Shown one piece after another: positions 35,086-46,956 of a stretch of DNA of 60,000 nucleotides. The position numbers and the translations under genes were made by a program. Each line of letters starts with the position of its first letter. Position 1 is the first letter of the stretch. The stretch lies in the NCBI RefSeq assembly GCF_009834535.1, contig NC_045696.1:120654001-120714000 (forward strand). Reading direction: 5' to 3'. This DNA is from Camelus ferus. Taxonomy: Eukaryota. Under the pieces are notes generated by a model. It did no database searches. It was not told the origin of the DNA and saw only the letters and a list, made by a program, of their open reading frames with translations.

Positions 35086-35580
35086 ATTTATTCAACAGAC
35101 TTGCTGAGGACTTACACCGGGAAGACAGCCTCTCAGCTAGGTCTGGGGGACTGACTCCAAAGAGGTAACGGAGGAGCCAGGATATATGGGAGTTTTTGCA
35201 AAACAAAAACAAAAACGCACATAGTTTGAACATCAACAGTTACTGTTAATTAAAGAAAACCAGACTTCTCAAATTTATGAATTTAGCACTTTTCTATGTA
35301 TGAGAAGATGCAAGTCTGGGCTCATTGAAATCATTCCTTTGATCTGCACCTTAACTCTCTGGGGCCAGTCTCCTGTTTTCTCCAACCTGAATCCCCTCAG
35401 GGGGCACATTTAGGGGCAGCTACAGTGACTGATTGCTTGATGACTGCAACATTTTTGTTTGCTGATATGACAGGTGACATTCTTCATCCACATATGTAAA
35501 TCAGATCACAATAAAGCTGTTCTTAAAAAGGAGAGCGGATGTTGGGGTGAACCATGCACATATCTAAAGGAAGAACATCT

Positions 35581-36172
35581 TGCTATCGAAACACTGGCTT
35601 TGCCTCTGGGTGGGTGTTGAGCCAAAAGGTACAGAGATGGGGAGAAAGAAGGATTTATTATCATTTGCAGCAAGTAAGGAGAACACTGGTGCTCTTTTCC
35701 AAAGCAGTGCCTCCTTAAACAGCAAAATTGGGGAATTTTTAAGCAAAGGGTACATGCATATTCATGAAGGGGCTTGGGCAGTTGACAGAGTCCAAGCTTT
35801 AGTTGATTTAACTCACAAAGGTCAGAAAAGGTCAACATCCTCATCCCTTAGGTTCCAGTTGATCTGGTGGTTGAGCACCTGAGAGGGGTATAACTTCTGC
35901 AAACAGCTCAAGAAAGTGCTTCAGGCTGGTCTTTACCATTGAAACAGAACTGGCAGCCTTGACAATGGATCTGTCATCTTTGCTATTGTTACTTCTCTTG
36001 CCTGATAACAGTTCCTGCAATCAGGTCAGTGATGACTGAGACCTGTTCAAGGACAAGCACTGTGGCCAGGCTTAGACCCCAAGATAGCTTGGACTAAAAA
36101 TGGCTTCTCTTGTGTCAAGAGAAGCCATGCTTGGTTCTCTTTCTCTGGGGAACCCCTTACCGTCTGCTCACA
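35581..36172 (-). mobile_element. Solo LTR, family A
   Basis: TG...CA termini; exact TSD ATCT at 35577-35580 and 36173-36176. Confidence 0.92.
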
Positions 36173-36176
36173 ATCT

Positions 36177-36450
36177 GGCAGAAGAAGCAGTCAGAGCAAA
36201 CCCACAGGCAGGAGAGCATCTCAGGGGGTTCAAGGAACAGCAAGGAGAACAAGGTGGCTGGAATGGAGGGAGGGGAGGGAGGGCTCACAGGGAGAAGGTC
36301 AGAGAGGTAACGGGAAGCTGGCTCAGGTGGGATCTTTTATGGGCTTTGTGAAGACTTTGTATACACAGTAAGGGGGATAGGGAGCTTTTGCAGCGTAAGG
36401 AGCAAAAATGTGACATTACATTGATTCATATGTAAAAGGATAAGTCTATC
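36177..36450 (-). mobile_element. L2 relic hosting the LTR cluster
   Basis: GGTTCAAGGAACAGCAAGGAGAACAAGGTGGCTGGAATGGAG...GAAGGTCAGAGAGGTAACGGG; continues at 37102-37175 and after 38209. Confidence 0.65.
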
Positions 36451-36454
36451 TGCT

Positions 36455-37097
36455 TGTAAGCAGATGGGGTAGGGGTGCAGAGAAAGAGAACCAGGCATGG
36501 CTTTCTTGATGTAAGAGAAGCCATTTTTGGTCTAAGCCATTTTGGGATCGAACCTGGCCACAGTACATTTCCTTGAACAGGTCTCAGCCATCACTGACCT
36601 TAAAAGAACAGAAGAATGCAGGAACTGTTATCAGGCAAGAGAAGTAACAATAGCAAAGGTAACAGATCCATTGTCAAGGCTCCCAGTTCTGTTTCAATGG
36701 TAAAGACCTGCCTGAAGCACTTTCTTGAGCTGTTCTACAGAAGTTAAACCCCCCTCAACTGTTCAAGCACCAGATCAACTGGAACCTAAGGGATGAGGAT
36801 GTTGACCTTGTCTGACCCTCGTGAGTTCAATCAACTAACACTTGGACTCTCTTGACCCTAGCCCCAATTCTATGCTGAATTCTCCTCTGCTCAAGCCCCT
36901 TCATGAATATGCATATGCCCTTTGCTTAAACCTTTCCCAATTTTTCTGTTCAGGGAGACTCTGCTTTGGGAAAAAGCCCCCATGTGTTCTCCTTACTTGC
37001 TAAAAGTGATAATAAATCCTTCCTTCGCCCAATCTCTGGCTTGATTGTGCCTTTGGGCTTGACACCTACCAAGAGGCAAACCCAGTTTTGGGTACCA
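36455..37097 (+). mobile_element. Solo LTR, family A (inverted relative to 35581-36172)
   Basis: TGTAAG...GGTACCA termini; exact TSD TGCT at 36451-36454 and 37098-37101; AATAAATCC near the 3' end. Confidence 0.92.
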
Positions 37098-37179
37098 TGC
37101 TGGGGTGGGAAGTAGACCATGACATGGCAGGACAAAAAGTGAAGCAGAGAGATTAGTTCAGAGGCTGTCATCCATAGAT

Positions 37180-38208
37180 TGTAGGAGAAGAGAATTTGCC
37201 AACCCAAAATGTCTCTGTGGCATACTCATTGTTTTAAGTTGGTTATTTTTTAAGAAACAGCAGACACAGAGAACACCCTGAAAACCAAATAAGTTACCCT
37301 TTTATAAGAAACATTCACCTTTGAAAAATAAATCTCCATTAGTAAGGATGTCTCCTTTACTATACCAGCAAAAGGAGGAAGACCAAGAGTCTCTACAGAC
37401 TCTTGCCAACTGAAAACTGGCCCTGGCCATCTGCCTCTATGAGGACTGAGTCACACTGGCACTGGCCATCTACCTCTGCAAGGATTAGATCATAAGCCGC
37501 TACAGCACTGACCTCCAACACTCTTTGAAAGGAGGTCAGGGCAGAGATCACCCATGAGGTTCTCTGGGCTCTGGGAAAACCCAATGGAACAAGCCTTCAG
37601 AGAGTCAGATATTCTCAGGGGATATTATGAACCCAAATTCTTGTATCTCTTCTTATCTAAAAAACACTAAAATCATTAACAGTGACATTTGCTCCTCATG
37701 ACTAATGACAAGCCTCTGCAAAAATATGTGCTTGACTGTATGTACTCACCTCAGTGAAATCATATGTAATACTGACCTCCCCCCAACCCCCGCCTCTTTG
37801 GAGCAGTTCCTCAGAGCTGTCTGAGATGCTGTTTCCCAGGCTATAGTCCTCTTTTTGCCCCAAATAAAATTTAACTCACAATTCTCACATTGTGCTCCCC
37901 CCCCCGCCCCCAGTAGACACACTTAACAATGGAAAAATCACTGACGTAAATCTGCGTAACTTTAACCTTGTCTACTGTGCTTTTCCTGGTAACTGCAACG
38001 TCCTCTTTTGTCTTTAGCTGAGGATGGTATTTAAGGTGATGGCTTTGGCCATTCTTGCAAGTTGCAAAGTTTTACTGGGTCTCTCTCATGTGTGCATAGT
38101 ATTAAACTTTTGTTTGATTTTCTCCTGTTAATTTATCTCATGTCAATTTAATCCTTGAACTAGCCAGATGAATCTAGAAGGGTAAAGGAAAATTTCTTCT
38201 CCCACACA
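37180..38208 (+). mobile_element. Solo LTR containing a nested LTR
   Basis: TGTAGG...CACACA termini; exact TSD AGAT at 37176-37179 and 38209-38212. Confidence 0.85.
37404..37919 (+). mobile_element. Nested solo LTR (family of 3738-4209)
   Basis: TGCCAACT...GTAGACA termini; near-TSD CTCT/CACT; AATAAA at about 37863. Confidence 0.82.
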
Positions 38209-38685
38209 AGATGATGGTGGCTCAGACACCACTGGTTGGATTCGGGAGACCTTAACTCTTTAATCCCCAGATAGCCCAGAGAAATACCTGATAGCATCAT
38301 TGCTATTTTCCTGATGAGGAAATTGAGGTATTATAATTTCATAGCATACAACATCACACAAGGAATAGGTGGCACAGCTGGGAAACCCAAGTGGTCTTGT
38401 TCTGGAGTCTGTGCTCTGCTTCACTGTACTATACTAACCTTCTGAAGTCTCTGCTGTCACCTGTGCCCATCAGTTCTTATATGCAAACTTGGGAACATTT
38501 CTAAAAGCATGCAAGTCACAGCTGCTAGCTAGACTTCTCTTCCTGATAATTAACAATGTTCCTGGGGCTCTGTCCAACAACTCTGTACTCATACTGAAAC
38601 ACTTTGTTTCTATGAAAAGTGAGCCAGCAACACCACTGAACAAGACAGAAAAAAGCTGAGGCCTAAAAGGAGAATTAAAAAAAAA

Positions 38686-38853
38686 GAAGAAGAAGAAGAA
38701 GAAGAAGAAGAAGAAGAAGAAGAAGAAGAAGAAGAAGAAGAAGAAGAAGAAGAAGAAGAAGAAGAAGAAGAAGAAGAAGAAGAAGAAGAAGAAGAAGAAG
38801 AAGAAGAAGAAGAAGAAGAAGAAGAAGAAGAAGAAGAAGAAGAAGAAGAAGAA
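38686..38853. repeat. Pure (GAA)56 trinucleotide repeat
   Basis: 168 bp uninterrupted, preceded by A9. Confidence 0.97.
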
Positions 38854-39859
38854 GGCTGAACAGTGTGGCATTGCTCTAACAAGGAAGAAGAGAGAAAATA
38901 AATGTCATGGGAAGAGAAACTGACAAGTGTCACAGAGTGGAATTAATCTATGAGCCTTTGTGATTTGGAATTTGGGTTCTACAAAAGACTAGATAAAGAG
39001 AGTGAAGTCGTTTTTACTTTTTAAAGTGGTTTGAGTTGAGTCATGGTGTAGCAATTACACATTGTTCAGAGCACACTCCGTAACGGCAATCCTGTCAGTT
39101 CATTCTGGCCCCGGGTTGCCTGTATCCAAGTTTCCCATAAACCCAGATCTTTGGATTGGAAGGAAAGTGCATGTGATTGGTGTCCCTTTTGCTTCCTCTA
39201 AACAGTGGTCAAGCAAAGAGAGATCAGAGTGTTTCACCAGAGTTTGTACGACTCCCCCTTTCTCTGCTTCCTTCCTTTCATCTTCTTTATTTTTTTAAAA
39301 TAAAGCACAACCAGCAGCATCATATTTATTTGCTTTATGTGTGCAGCTTTCGAGCCGTTTCCAAATGGTTTTTGGAAATAGTCGAAAAATGTCTCTGACT
39401 TGGCAACTATTTAGGTGGTAGCCTAGCCTGGGCCTCTGGCTATCACCTCAGGATTCAGACACTCACCAGGAGTCTATTTTCAAGAAGAATTAAGAGTCTC
39501 CAGGGAAAGAATCTATTTTCAGGATTTTTTTTTAAAAAGCCCTGGGATGAGCATTTATAATTTCATTGTGCTGCCTGTATCTGAACCCCTTCCTGTTTTT
39601 AAGTTTGTCAATTCCCATCTGTGAGATGAAAGGCAGAGCCCGCTCTGCTAATGGGGTGGTGGTGGGGGATTGCCAGGCAGGGTCCCATTTTCCAGCGTCC
39701 CCTCCCCCACCCCAGTGTACTGAGGGCCTTGCCACTGAGGCTCTAGCATCAGACACGGCACTTGGCAGTTACTTGAGGGTCCAGGGTCCAAAATGCCCCC
39801 TCATCCTCTTTAAATCTCACCCATACTCCCTACCTCTGGAAAAGAATATTCCATTTCCA

Positions 39860-40130
39860 GTTCTGCTGTGTTTCAGCTCCTCATGCTCATGTGAGACTTC
39901 TCTTCTACTGTTTCAGTGTTTCCCTTCCCCCCACCTCCCTCCCATGAAGATATGATATCCAGAGCAGTGGCTGCCATCCTGCAGCTGGAGGCACCAAGAG
40001 AATTCCAGAGTGCCAATGCATGTGACATGCTGAACAAGCTCTGGGACCTCCTTCCTCCACATTTACAGGAGGTGTTTAAATTATTTCACTGCTTCAGTGT
40101 AGTTTTCTTCCAGATAAGAAGGTATCCTAA
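39860..40130 (+). mobile_element. Old MaLR (MLT1-like) relic
   Basis: TGATATCCAGAGCAGTGGCTGCCATCCTG...TGACATGCTGAACAAGCT...AAGGTATCCTAA resembles an MLT1 3' half. Confidence 0.45.
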
Positions 40131-40413
40131 GAGGTTAAGTAATTACCAATCTCACCTTCTTTTTCTCTTTCTCCCACGAGTTTCCCCTGGTGTTGGGCGG
40201 GGTGGGTATGGGGTGAGGATACAGGGTGTTTTCAACTCTTCCTCACCTGGTGCCCAGCCACAGCGGGCCTGAAACTGAGTCCACCTAAAACCGAGCTCCT
40301 TCACTGAGTTTATAATTCATCTCTCTGTCCAAAACCTTATTCCTTTTCTCATCCCCTCTGACCTCCATCCTGAGCTAACTGGACACTAATCACTAGTCGG
40401 ATGCCACTATTGC

Positions 40414-40737
40414 TGTTGTAGGCGTCATCCTTAACGTACAAGCTCAGGTCATCTCTCCAGGGCAAGATGAGCTCCCAGCCTCCGGGGTGTGGACCACCTG
40501 GCCCGAGGATCCGGGACATCTTGATTATGAATTGTCACAAGATGATGATTCATCTCAACTTCTTTTTTCCTTCCCTTAAAAAAAAAACCCAACCCAAAGG
40601 CCAAGTGGGGTGGATCTAAGGCTGGTCTCTCACTCTCTTGCTTGACATTTGCAGTAAACCTTTACTTGGCTGCACACACCCACTGTCAGAGTTTAGCTCT
40701 CTGTGCTGCGGGCATGTGAACCTGTTGCTTGGTTATA
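40414..40737 (+). mobile_element. Solo LTR (ERV1-type)
   Basis: TGTTGTAGG start; AGTAAACCTTTACTTGGCTGCA...GCTTGGTTATA end, resembling the 3' end of 29324-29575. Confidence 0.6.
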
Positions 40738-41132
40738 GGTCAAATCTTCTCTGCATCTGGATTCTCTCTCTCACTCTGTCTCTGTGTGTCTCTCTGTCTC
40801 TGTCTGTCTGTCTCTCTCTCGGAGGAATCAAGGCCTGTCCTGACTCCAGTGAGCTCAGAAAACAAAGAACCCTGCAGGAATCAGGAAACACTTTCTGAAA
40901 TAACACCTGCACTTCCCCACTGTGGCCCAAGGTCACTGTACCAGCAACTTCCCACAGACCATCTCCAGTCCTCCTTCTTCATGGAACTCAGTCAGGTTCC
41001 TAGTTTTGTAAACTACTGTCTGTTCTTGTGACACTGATTTCCTTGGTATAACCTGCTTAAACATTATCCCCAGTTCAAAAGCAATTCAAAAAACCATACT
41101 TTCTTTTTTGTCAATGGAATGTATTTTTCCTT

Positions 41133-43108
41133 TTTTCTTTTTTTAACATCTTTTTATTGTTATAGTCATTTTACAATGTTGTCTCAAATTCCAGTGTAGA
41201 GCACAATTTTTCAGTTATACATGAACATACATATATTCGTTGTCACATTTTTTTTTTGCTGTGAGCTACCACAAGATCTTGTGTATATTTCCCTGTGCTA
41301 TACAGTATAATCTTGTTTATTTATTCTGCATATGCCTGTCAGTATCTACAAATTTTGAAACCCTAGTCTGTCCTTTCCCACTTCCTGGCCCCTTGGCAAC
41401 CACAAGTTTGTATTCTATATCTATGAATCTGTTTCTGTTTTATATTTGTTCTTTTTTTTTTTTTAGATTCCACATATGAGCAATCTCATATGGTATTTTT
41501 CTCTTTCTGGCTTACTTCACTTAGAATGACATTCTCCAGGGACATCCATGTTGCTGCAAATGGCATTATGTTGTTGTTTTTCATGGCTGAATAGTATTCC
41601 ATTGTATAAATATACCATTTCTTCTTTATCTAGTCATCTGTCAATGGACATTTAGGCTGTTTCCATGTCTTGGCTATTGTAAATAATGCTGATATGAACA
41701 TTGGGGTGCAGGTGTTTTTTTGAAGTAGGGTTCCTTCTGGATATATGCCCAGCAGCAGGATTCCTGGGTCATATGGTAAGTCTATTCCTAGTCTTTGGAG
41801 GAATCTCCATACTGTTTTCCACAGTGGCTGCACCAAACTGCATTCCCACCAGCAGTGTAGGATTGTTCCCTTTCCTCCACAGCCTCTCCAGCATTTGTCA
41901 CTTGTGGACTTTTGAATGATGGCCATTCTGACTGGTGTGAGGTGATATCTCATTGTACTTTTGATTTGCATTTCTTTGATAATTAGTGATATGGAGCATT
42001 TTTTCATGTGCCTATTGATAATTTGTATGTCTTCTTTGGAGAATTGCTTGTTTAGGTCTTCTGCCCATTTTTGGATTGGGTTGTTTGTTTTTTTCTTATT
42101 AAGTCGTATGAGCTGCTTATATATTCTGGAGATCAAGCCTTTGTCAGTTTCATCATTTACAAAAATTTTCTCCCATTCCATAGGTTGTCATTTTGTTTTG
42201 CTTATGGTTTCCTTTGCTGTGCAGAAGCTTGTAAGTTTCATTAGGTCCCATTTGTTTATTCTTGCTTTTATTTGTATTGCTTGGGTAGACTGTCCTAGGA
42301 GTACATTTTTGAGATGTATGTGAGATAATGTTTTGCCTATATTTTCTTCTAGGAGGTTTATTGTATCTTGTCTTATGTTTAAGTCTTTGATCAATTTTGA
42401 GTTTATTTTTGTGTATGGTGCCACACAAAAACTACTAGAAATAATTGAAGAATTCAGCAAGGTAGCAGGTTACAAGATTAACGTTCAAAAATCAGTTGCA
42501 TTTCTTCACACTAACAATGAATCAACCAAAAAAGAAAGTAAATAAACAACCCCCTTTAAAATAGCACCCAAAGTAATAAAATACCTAGGAATAAATCTAA
42601 CCAAGGAGGTGAAAGACTTATACACAGAGAACTATAAACCACTGATGAAGGAAATCAAAGAAGAGTTAAAAAAATGGAAATATATCCCATGCTCCTGGAT
42701 TGGAAGAATTAATATTGCTAAAATGGTCACACTGCCCAAGGCAATCTACAGATTTAATGCAATCCCTATCAAATTACCCAGGACATATTTCACAGAAATA
42801 GAACAAATCATAATAAAAGTTATATGGAACCACAAAAGACCTAGAATTGCCAAAGCATTACCGAAGAAAAAGAAAGAGGCTGGAGGAATAACTCTCCCAG
42901 ACTTTAGACAATACTATAGAGCTACAGTCATCAAGACAGCATGGTATTGGTACAAAAACAGACATATAGACCAATGGCACAGAATAGAGAGCCCAGAAAT
43001 GAACCCACAAACGTTTGGTCAACTAATCTTCGATAATGGAGGCAAGAATATACAATGGAATAAAGACAGTCTCTTCAACAAATGGTGTTGGGAAAACTGG
43101 GCAGCAGT
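41133..43108 (-). mobile_element. 5'-inverted (twin-primed) L1, same subfamily as 22959-25869
   Basis: 41133-42420 is the minus-strand 3' part with tail; 42421-43108 is a plus-strand upstream ORF2 segment; TSD ATGTATTTTT(C/T)CTT at 41119-41132 and 43109-43122. Confidence 0.95.
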
Positions 43109-44069
43109 ATGTATTTTTTCTTAAGTTTGGGTGGCACCATGGAAATATCTTGTCTTCTCTCGTACACATATGTGTTTTAAGGCTAGAGCTTTGCGTGCAC
43201 TGCTGCTATCTGCTTCCACAGCACTTATGAAATTCAGTTCAGCCGAATTCCTTGCTTTCCACATGCTGTGTCTTTACAGTGGCATCACTCTGCTATGATT
43301 GATGGAAACACTGAACAATGTGCTGCTGTATTAAAAGACTGTATTTGGGAAGCCTAACTTACTGGTGATAAAAAAAACTTTTAGCTTGGCTTGTTGGCTA
43401 TTGCTTTCCTAAGCTTTTATAAAATTTTTTTTTGAGTTTGAATGAACTTAGAATCTATCTCAGACTCAGGGGTAGAAATTACTTTATGTTTCTGCAGAAT
43501 TGTTTTTCATCACAAAGTAATAAACCATAGGCAAAACTCCCTGTGGGGCCTGCTCACCACATGAGATCTCAACTGTATCATTAATCAGAATTAAAATAAA
43601 GGAGGACCAAGAAGCCAGGCACATGCACAGATCTGTGGCAGCCTCTGTGATAGGTTGTCATGTGGGATGGTGACAGGGTCTGTCTCCTCAGAAACAAAAG
43701 GAGGAAGTGACACCGTGACAGCAGCGTGTCTAATGCATTGACAAGTTTCTTCATGGAGGCTCCGGCTCTGATCTCTCTCCTTTGCATTGCGTTGAGAAAG
43801 GAATTTAAATTCTGTCCAGAGTTAGGCATTTCTGAACTGATTTAAATTGAAAAATAGCATTACGACTTCTTCCTCTCTGGATATGTGTTAAGTCTTTGTT
43901 TGCACGTGCAGAGAAGCTGTCTGCAGGAGAAAGAGAACTCAGCGCCATGTGACACGGGGTGGAGTCCGCACGGTCTGTCTGCCCGGGTCTGCTCCACCAG
44001 CTCGGCTGGCCGTCTTACTGTCAGAAACCACCTGCAATCTCCCAGCAAGACAGTACTGTGATTATATGC

Positions 44070-44165
44070 GACACAACATTGTAAACTGACTATACTTCAG
44101 TGAGAAAATAAAATGAAATAACAACAAAATAATTAATTAATTTAAAAGGAAAAAAAAGAAAAGAC
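44070..44165 (+). mobile_element. Very short L1 3' terminus with A-rich tail
   Basis: GACACAACATTGTAAACTGACTATACTTCA followed by an A-rich tail; TSD unclear. Confidence 0.7.
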
Positions 44166-44529
44166 TGAGTACGGAGTAAATGGCATTACCTAACAAGCAG
44201 GCCTATTTTAAACCTTCTTCAAGATGGCATGTATTGAAAAACTGAAAGGACTTGATGGTAAAAAAAAAAAAAAAAAAGGGATGAGAATGACTTGCGGGCA
44301 AGATCAAAGGCAACTGCAGTCTTCACAACTTGAGACTCATGAGACAGAACAGTTCCCTGTGGCAACAGGGGCCTAGAGAAAGGGAAGGAACCAGGGGCCG
44401 CAGGGAGACCGTGCAGCAAGGCTCTCCTCCCAGCCCATGACTGCAGCAGACACACCCTGAGGTCCCACCCCCTTGAGGGAAAGTACAATCTGTGACTTAC
44501 TTCTGACCAAGGAAGGCTGGTAAACATGG

Positions 44530-44963
44530 GATGTCACTACTGCAAGTGTTACCTCACATAGCAAAGTTACGTGGTGACCCGCCCATGATTACATCACCTG
44601 TCTTAGAGGCGGGAGTGAGACGTTCTCCTGATGAGCCCCACGTGACCTTCCCTGAAGACAGCCGTGTGGCAGGGGACTGAGGGTGGCCTTGTGTGAGGGT
44701 GGCCTTCAGCTGACGGCCAGAAGACTCTGGGGCCCTCACTCACACAGCTGCAAGGAAACAGATTTTGCCAGCAAAGAGATTGAGTTTAGAACTGGTGCTT
44801 CCCCAGCCAAGCATCCAGACAAGAGTGTAGCCCACCTGACACCTTGACTGCCACCTCATGGGACCCTGAGCAGAAGACCTAGCCACGCTGTGTCCAGATG
44901 CCTCCCATGGGTGAGGCACTAAGTTTGTGGTAATTTCTTACACAGCAATAAAAAGTCAATACA
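44530..44963 (+). mobile_element. MaLR LTR (MLT1E/F-like)
   Basis: CACCTTGACTGCCACCTCATGGGACCCTGAGCAGAAGACCTAGCCACGCTGTG...CACTAAGTTTGTGGTAATTTCTTACACAGCAATAAAAAGTCAATACA. Confidence 0.8.
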
Positions 44964-46755
44964 GTGGTCTAGAACAAGTTTTTGTCCTTCTGAGTCTCAG
45001 TTTCCTCATCTATAAAATGGGGATGTTGATACCAACTCATATAGACAGGTTGAATCATCAAATGAAATAATGGCTCTTGCTAACACGTACCTGTTTTATT
45101 GTATTATTAAGAATCTTATTATTGTTCGGGGTACGTGGCCCTATTAGACCTATCACATGGCTGGACAGGCATTAAGGAAGTGACCCTAGCTCTCGGGCCA
45201 TCCATAGAAGTGGGACAAAGGGCAAAGCATGGTGGCCAACACAACCAACAGCCAAGGGTCAGCCCTAAGAATCTAAGAGGAAAGGGTTGAGTCCTAACAG
45301 ATGGCTGAAACACTGAGTCAGAATTCCAAATAGATGATGCTAAAAAAATCTGGTAGCAGGCAGTTATGTGAGCTGACCAGACCAGGGCAGAGTACTGAGA
45401 CCCAGAGCACCAGGCTGGCTTTCAGGGGCTCAGGTCCATCCTGGGCCCCAGGCCACAGGGGATCAGGGAGAACCACACACGAGGAAAGGGAAACACGGCC
45501 AGCTGTCCTTCAGCTGCAGCTCCCTGTAAGGCTGAACCTTTCCTGACTGCCTACCCCATGCCCAGCAGCGTGCCAGGCAAAGACACTATGGAGAGGAGGG
45601 GGAGGTCCTCCCTGCCCTGGACAGTGCCCAGGCTGGTGGCCACAAGTTAGATTCCAAGACCAACACCGGGGTTCTGTGTTCAGTGCCGGGGTTCCAGATT
45701 CTGCAGGCGGCACGGCTAGGCTGTCGCGGGGCTTTCAGGCTGCTCGCCTCCCTGGCCGCCTGACACCAGGGGAAAGCAAGGCTGAGCTTTCCTACAGAGC
45801 GTGGGGAACCGACCGGGGGGAGCCGTGAGGGCTAAAGTCAAGAGAATGAGGTGGGACCTTGACACCCGTTCACAAACCACCTGGAAATGGCATTCCAAGA
45901 CAGGGCAGGCTTATTTTAAGCCCTCTTTAAGAGGACTCACGACCCACCCCCTTGCTGTGCTTGTGTGCAGAGGGCAGGCATATTCTCCATTTCATTACCA
46001 AAGTGCTAAAGGCTTAGAATGCTGGTCAAAGTATCAGAAACTACCTACCAAAACTCAGACCGTGTTGAGCATCAGACGCCAGTGGATGTGGGACTAGAGC
46101 TTTGGCTCCCCTTTCCCCTTGGTGAGGTGTCTGCAGGGACGCTATCTTGAGTGGCTTGTCAACATGCTTCACCGAAGGAACAGAAAGCTGCCCTGGTAAT
46201 TACAAGCGGGACCTCGACACCCTGGGAGGCAGAGGCACCCATCACCACCAGACCTTCCTGCTCCGAGTAACCTGACAGCTACTGTCTCGTCCGCACCAAC
46301 TTTTTGAGGGGATCTTGGTTCTCTGCCTGCCTCCACAGAGCCCTAGAAAATCAGCCTTTTCCCTGACTTTCACTCCTCTCGATGGCTGTGAAGACCTGTG
46401 AAGTGTGGTGTTTGAGAGCCCAGCCCCCGGAGATGACGCGCAGGATGAATCCAGCTCTGCCCCCGGCCAGCGCTGCTCCGCTTACGTTGACTTGGCCTCT
46501 CTGAACTGGGAATCAGGCTAGTGAAAGTGTGTTAGGAAAGCCCCTGTCACAGAGCCTGGATACAGAGAGTCCTCATTAAGGACATTGAGGTGGCTGATAC
46601 TATTATGACCGCTAAAATGGCTATTGCCTTGCACTTAGGTTTCAGTTTACCGGGAAGTCATTAATGTCTCTGGGACAGTGCAGATCAAGTGACAGCAGGT
46701 GGAAGAGTCTCAGAAGCTCAGTGAAGCCAAATTGTTTATAACTATGCCTCAGCCC

Positions 46756-46956
46756 AGGGATTTGCAAACTTCCTCTAAGAAGGGCCAGGTAGAAAATATT
46801 TCAGGCTTGCAGGTCATGTGGTCTGTGTTGCGACCAGTCACCTCTTCTCAAAAGTAGCCTCAGACAATACAAAAGCAAATGGGTGTGGTGTGTTCCAGTT
46901 AAACATTATTTACAAAAAGAATGGGCTGGATTTGAGCCACAGCTGGCCAACACCTG
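46756..46956 (+). mobile_element. MER58-like hAT-Charlie MITE
   Basis: CAGGGATTTGCAAACTT...AAGGGCCAGGTAGAAAATATTTCAGGCTTGCAGG...GGGTGTGGTGTGTTCCAGTTAAACATTATTTACAAAAA...GCCAACACCTG. Confidence 0.8.

Larger units (their letters stand above)
29813..35492 (-). mobile_element. Degenerate ERV1-type provirus (two LTRs and a non-coding interior)
   Basis: Direct-repeat LTRs at 29813-~30155 and ~35087-35492; TG...CA ends; exact TSD TATG at 29809-29812 and 35493-35496; PBS and splice donor next to the 5' LTR. Confidence 0.85.

Noticed and set aside
16547..36172. Family A LTRs at 16547 and 35581 as the two ends of one provirus
   Set aside because: They are 19 kb apart, the second has its own exact TSD, and neither has an adjacent PBS or internal sequence.
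38470..38933. Poly-Phe and poly-Ser ORFs
   Set aside because: Translation artefacts of the (GAA)56 repeat.
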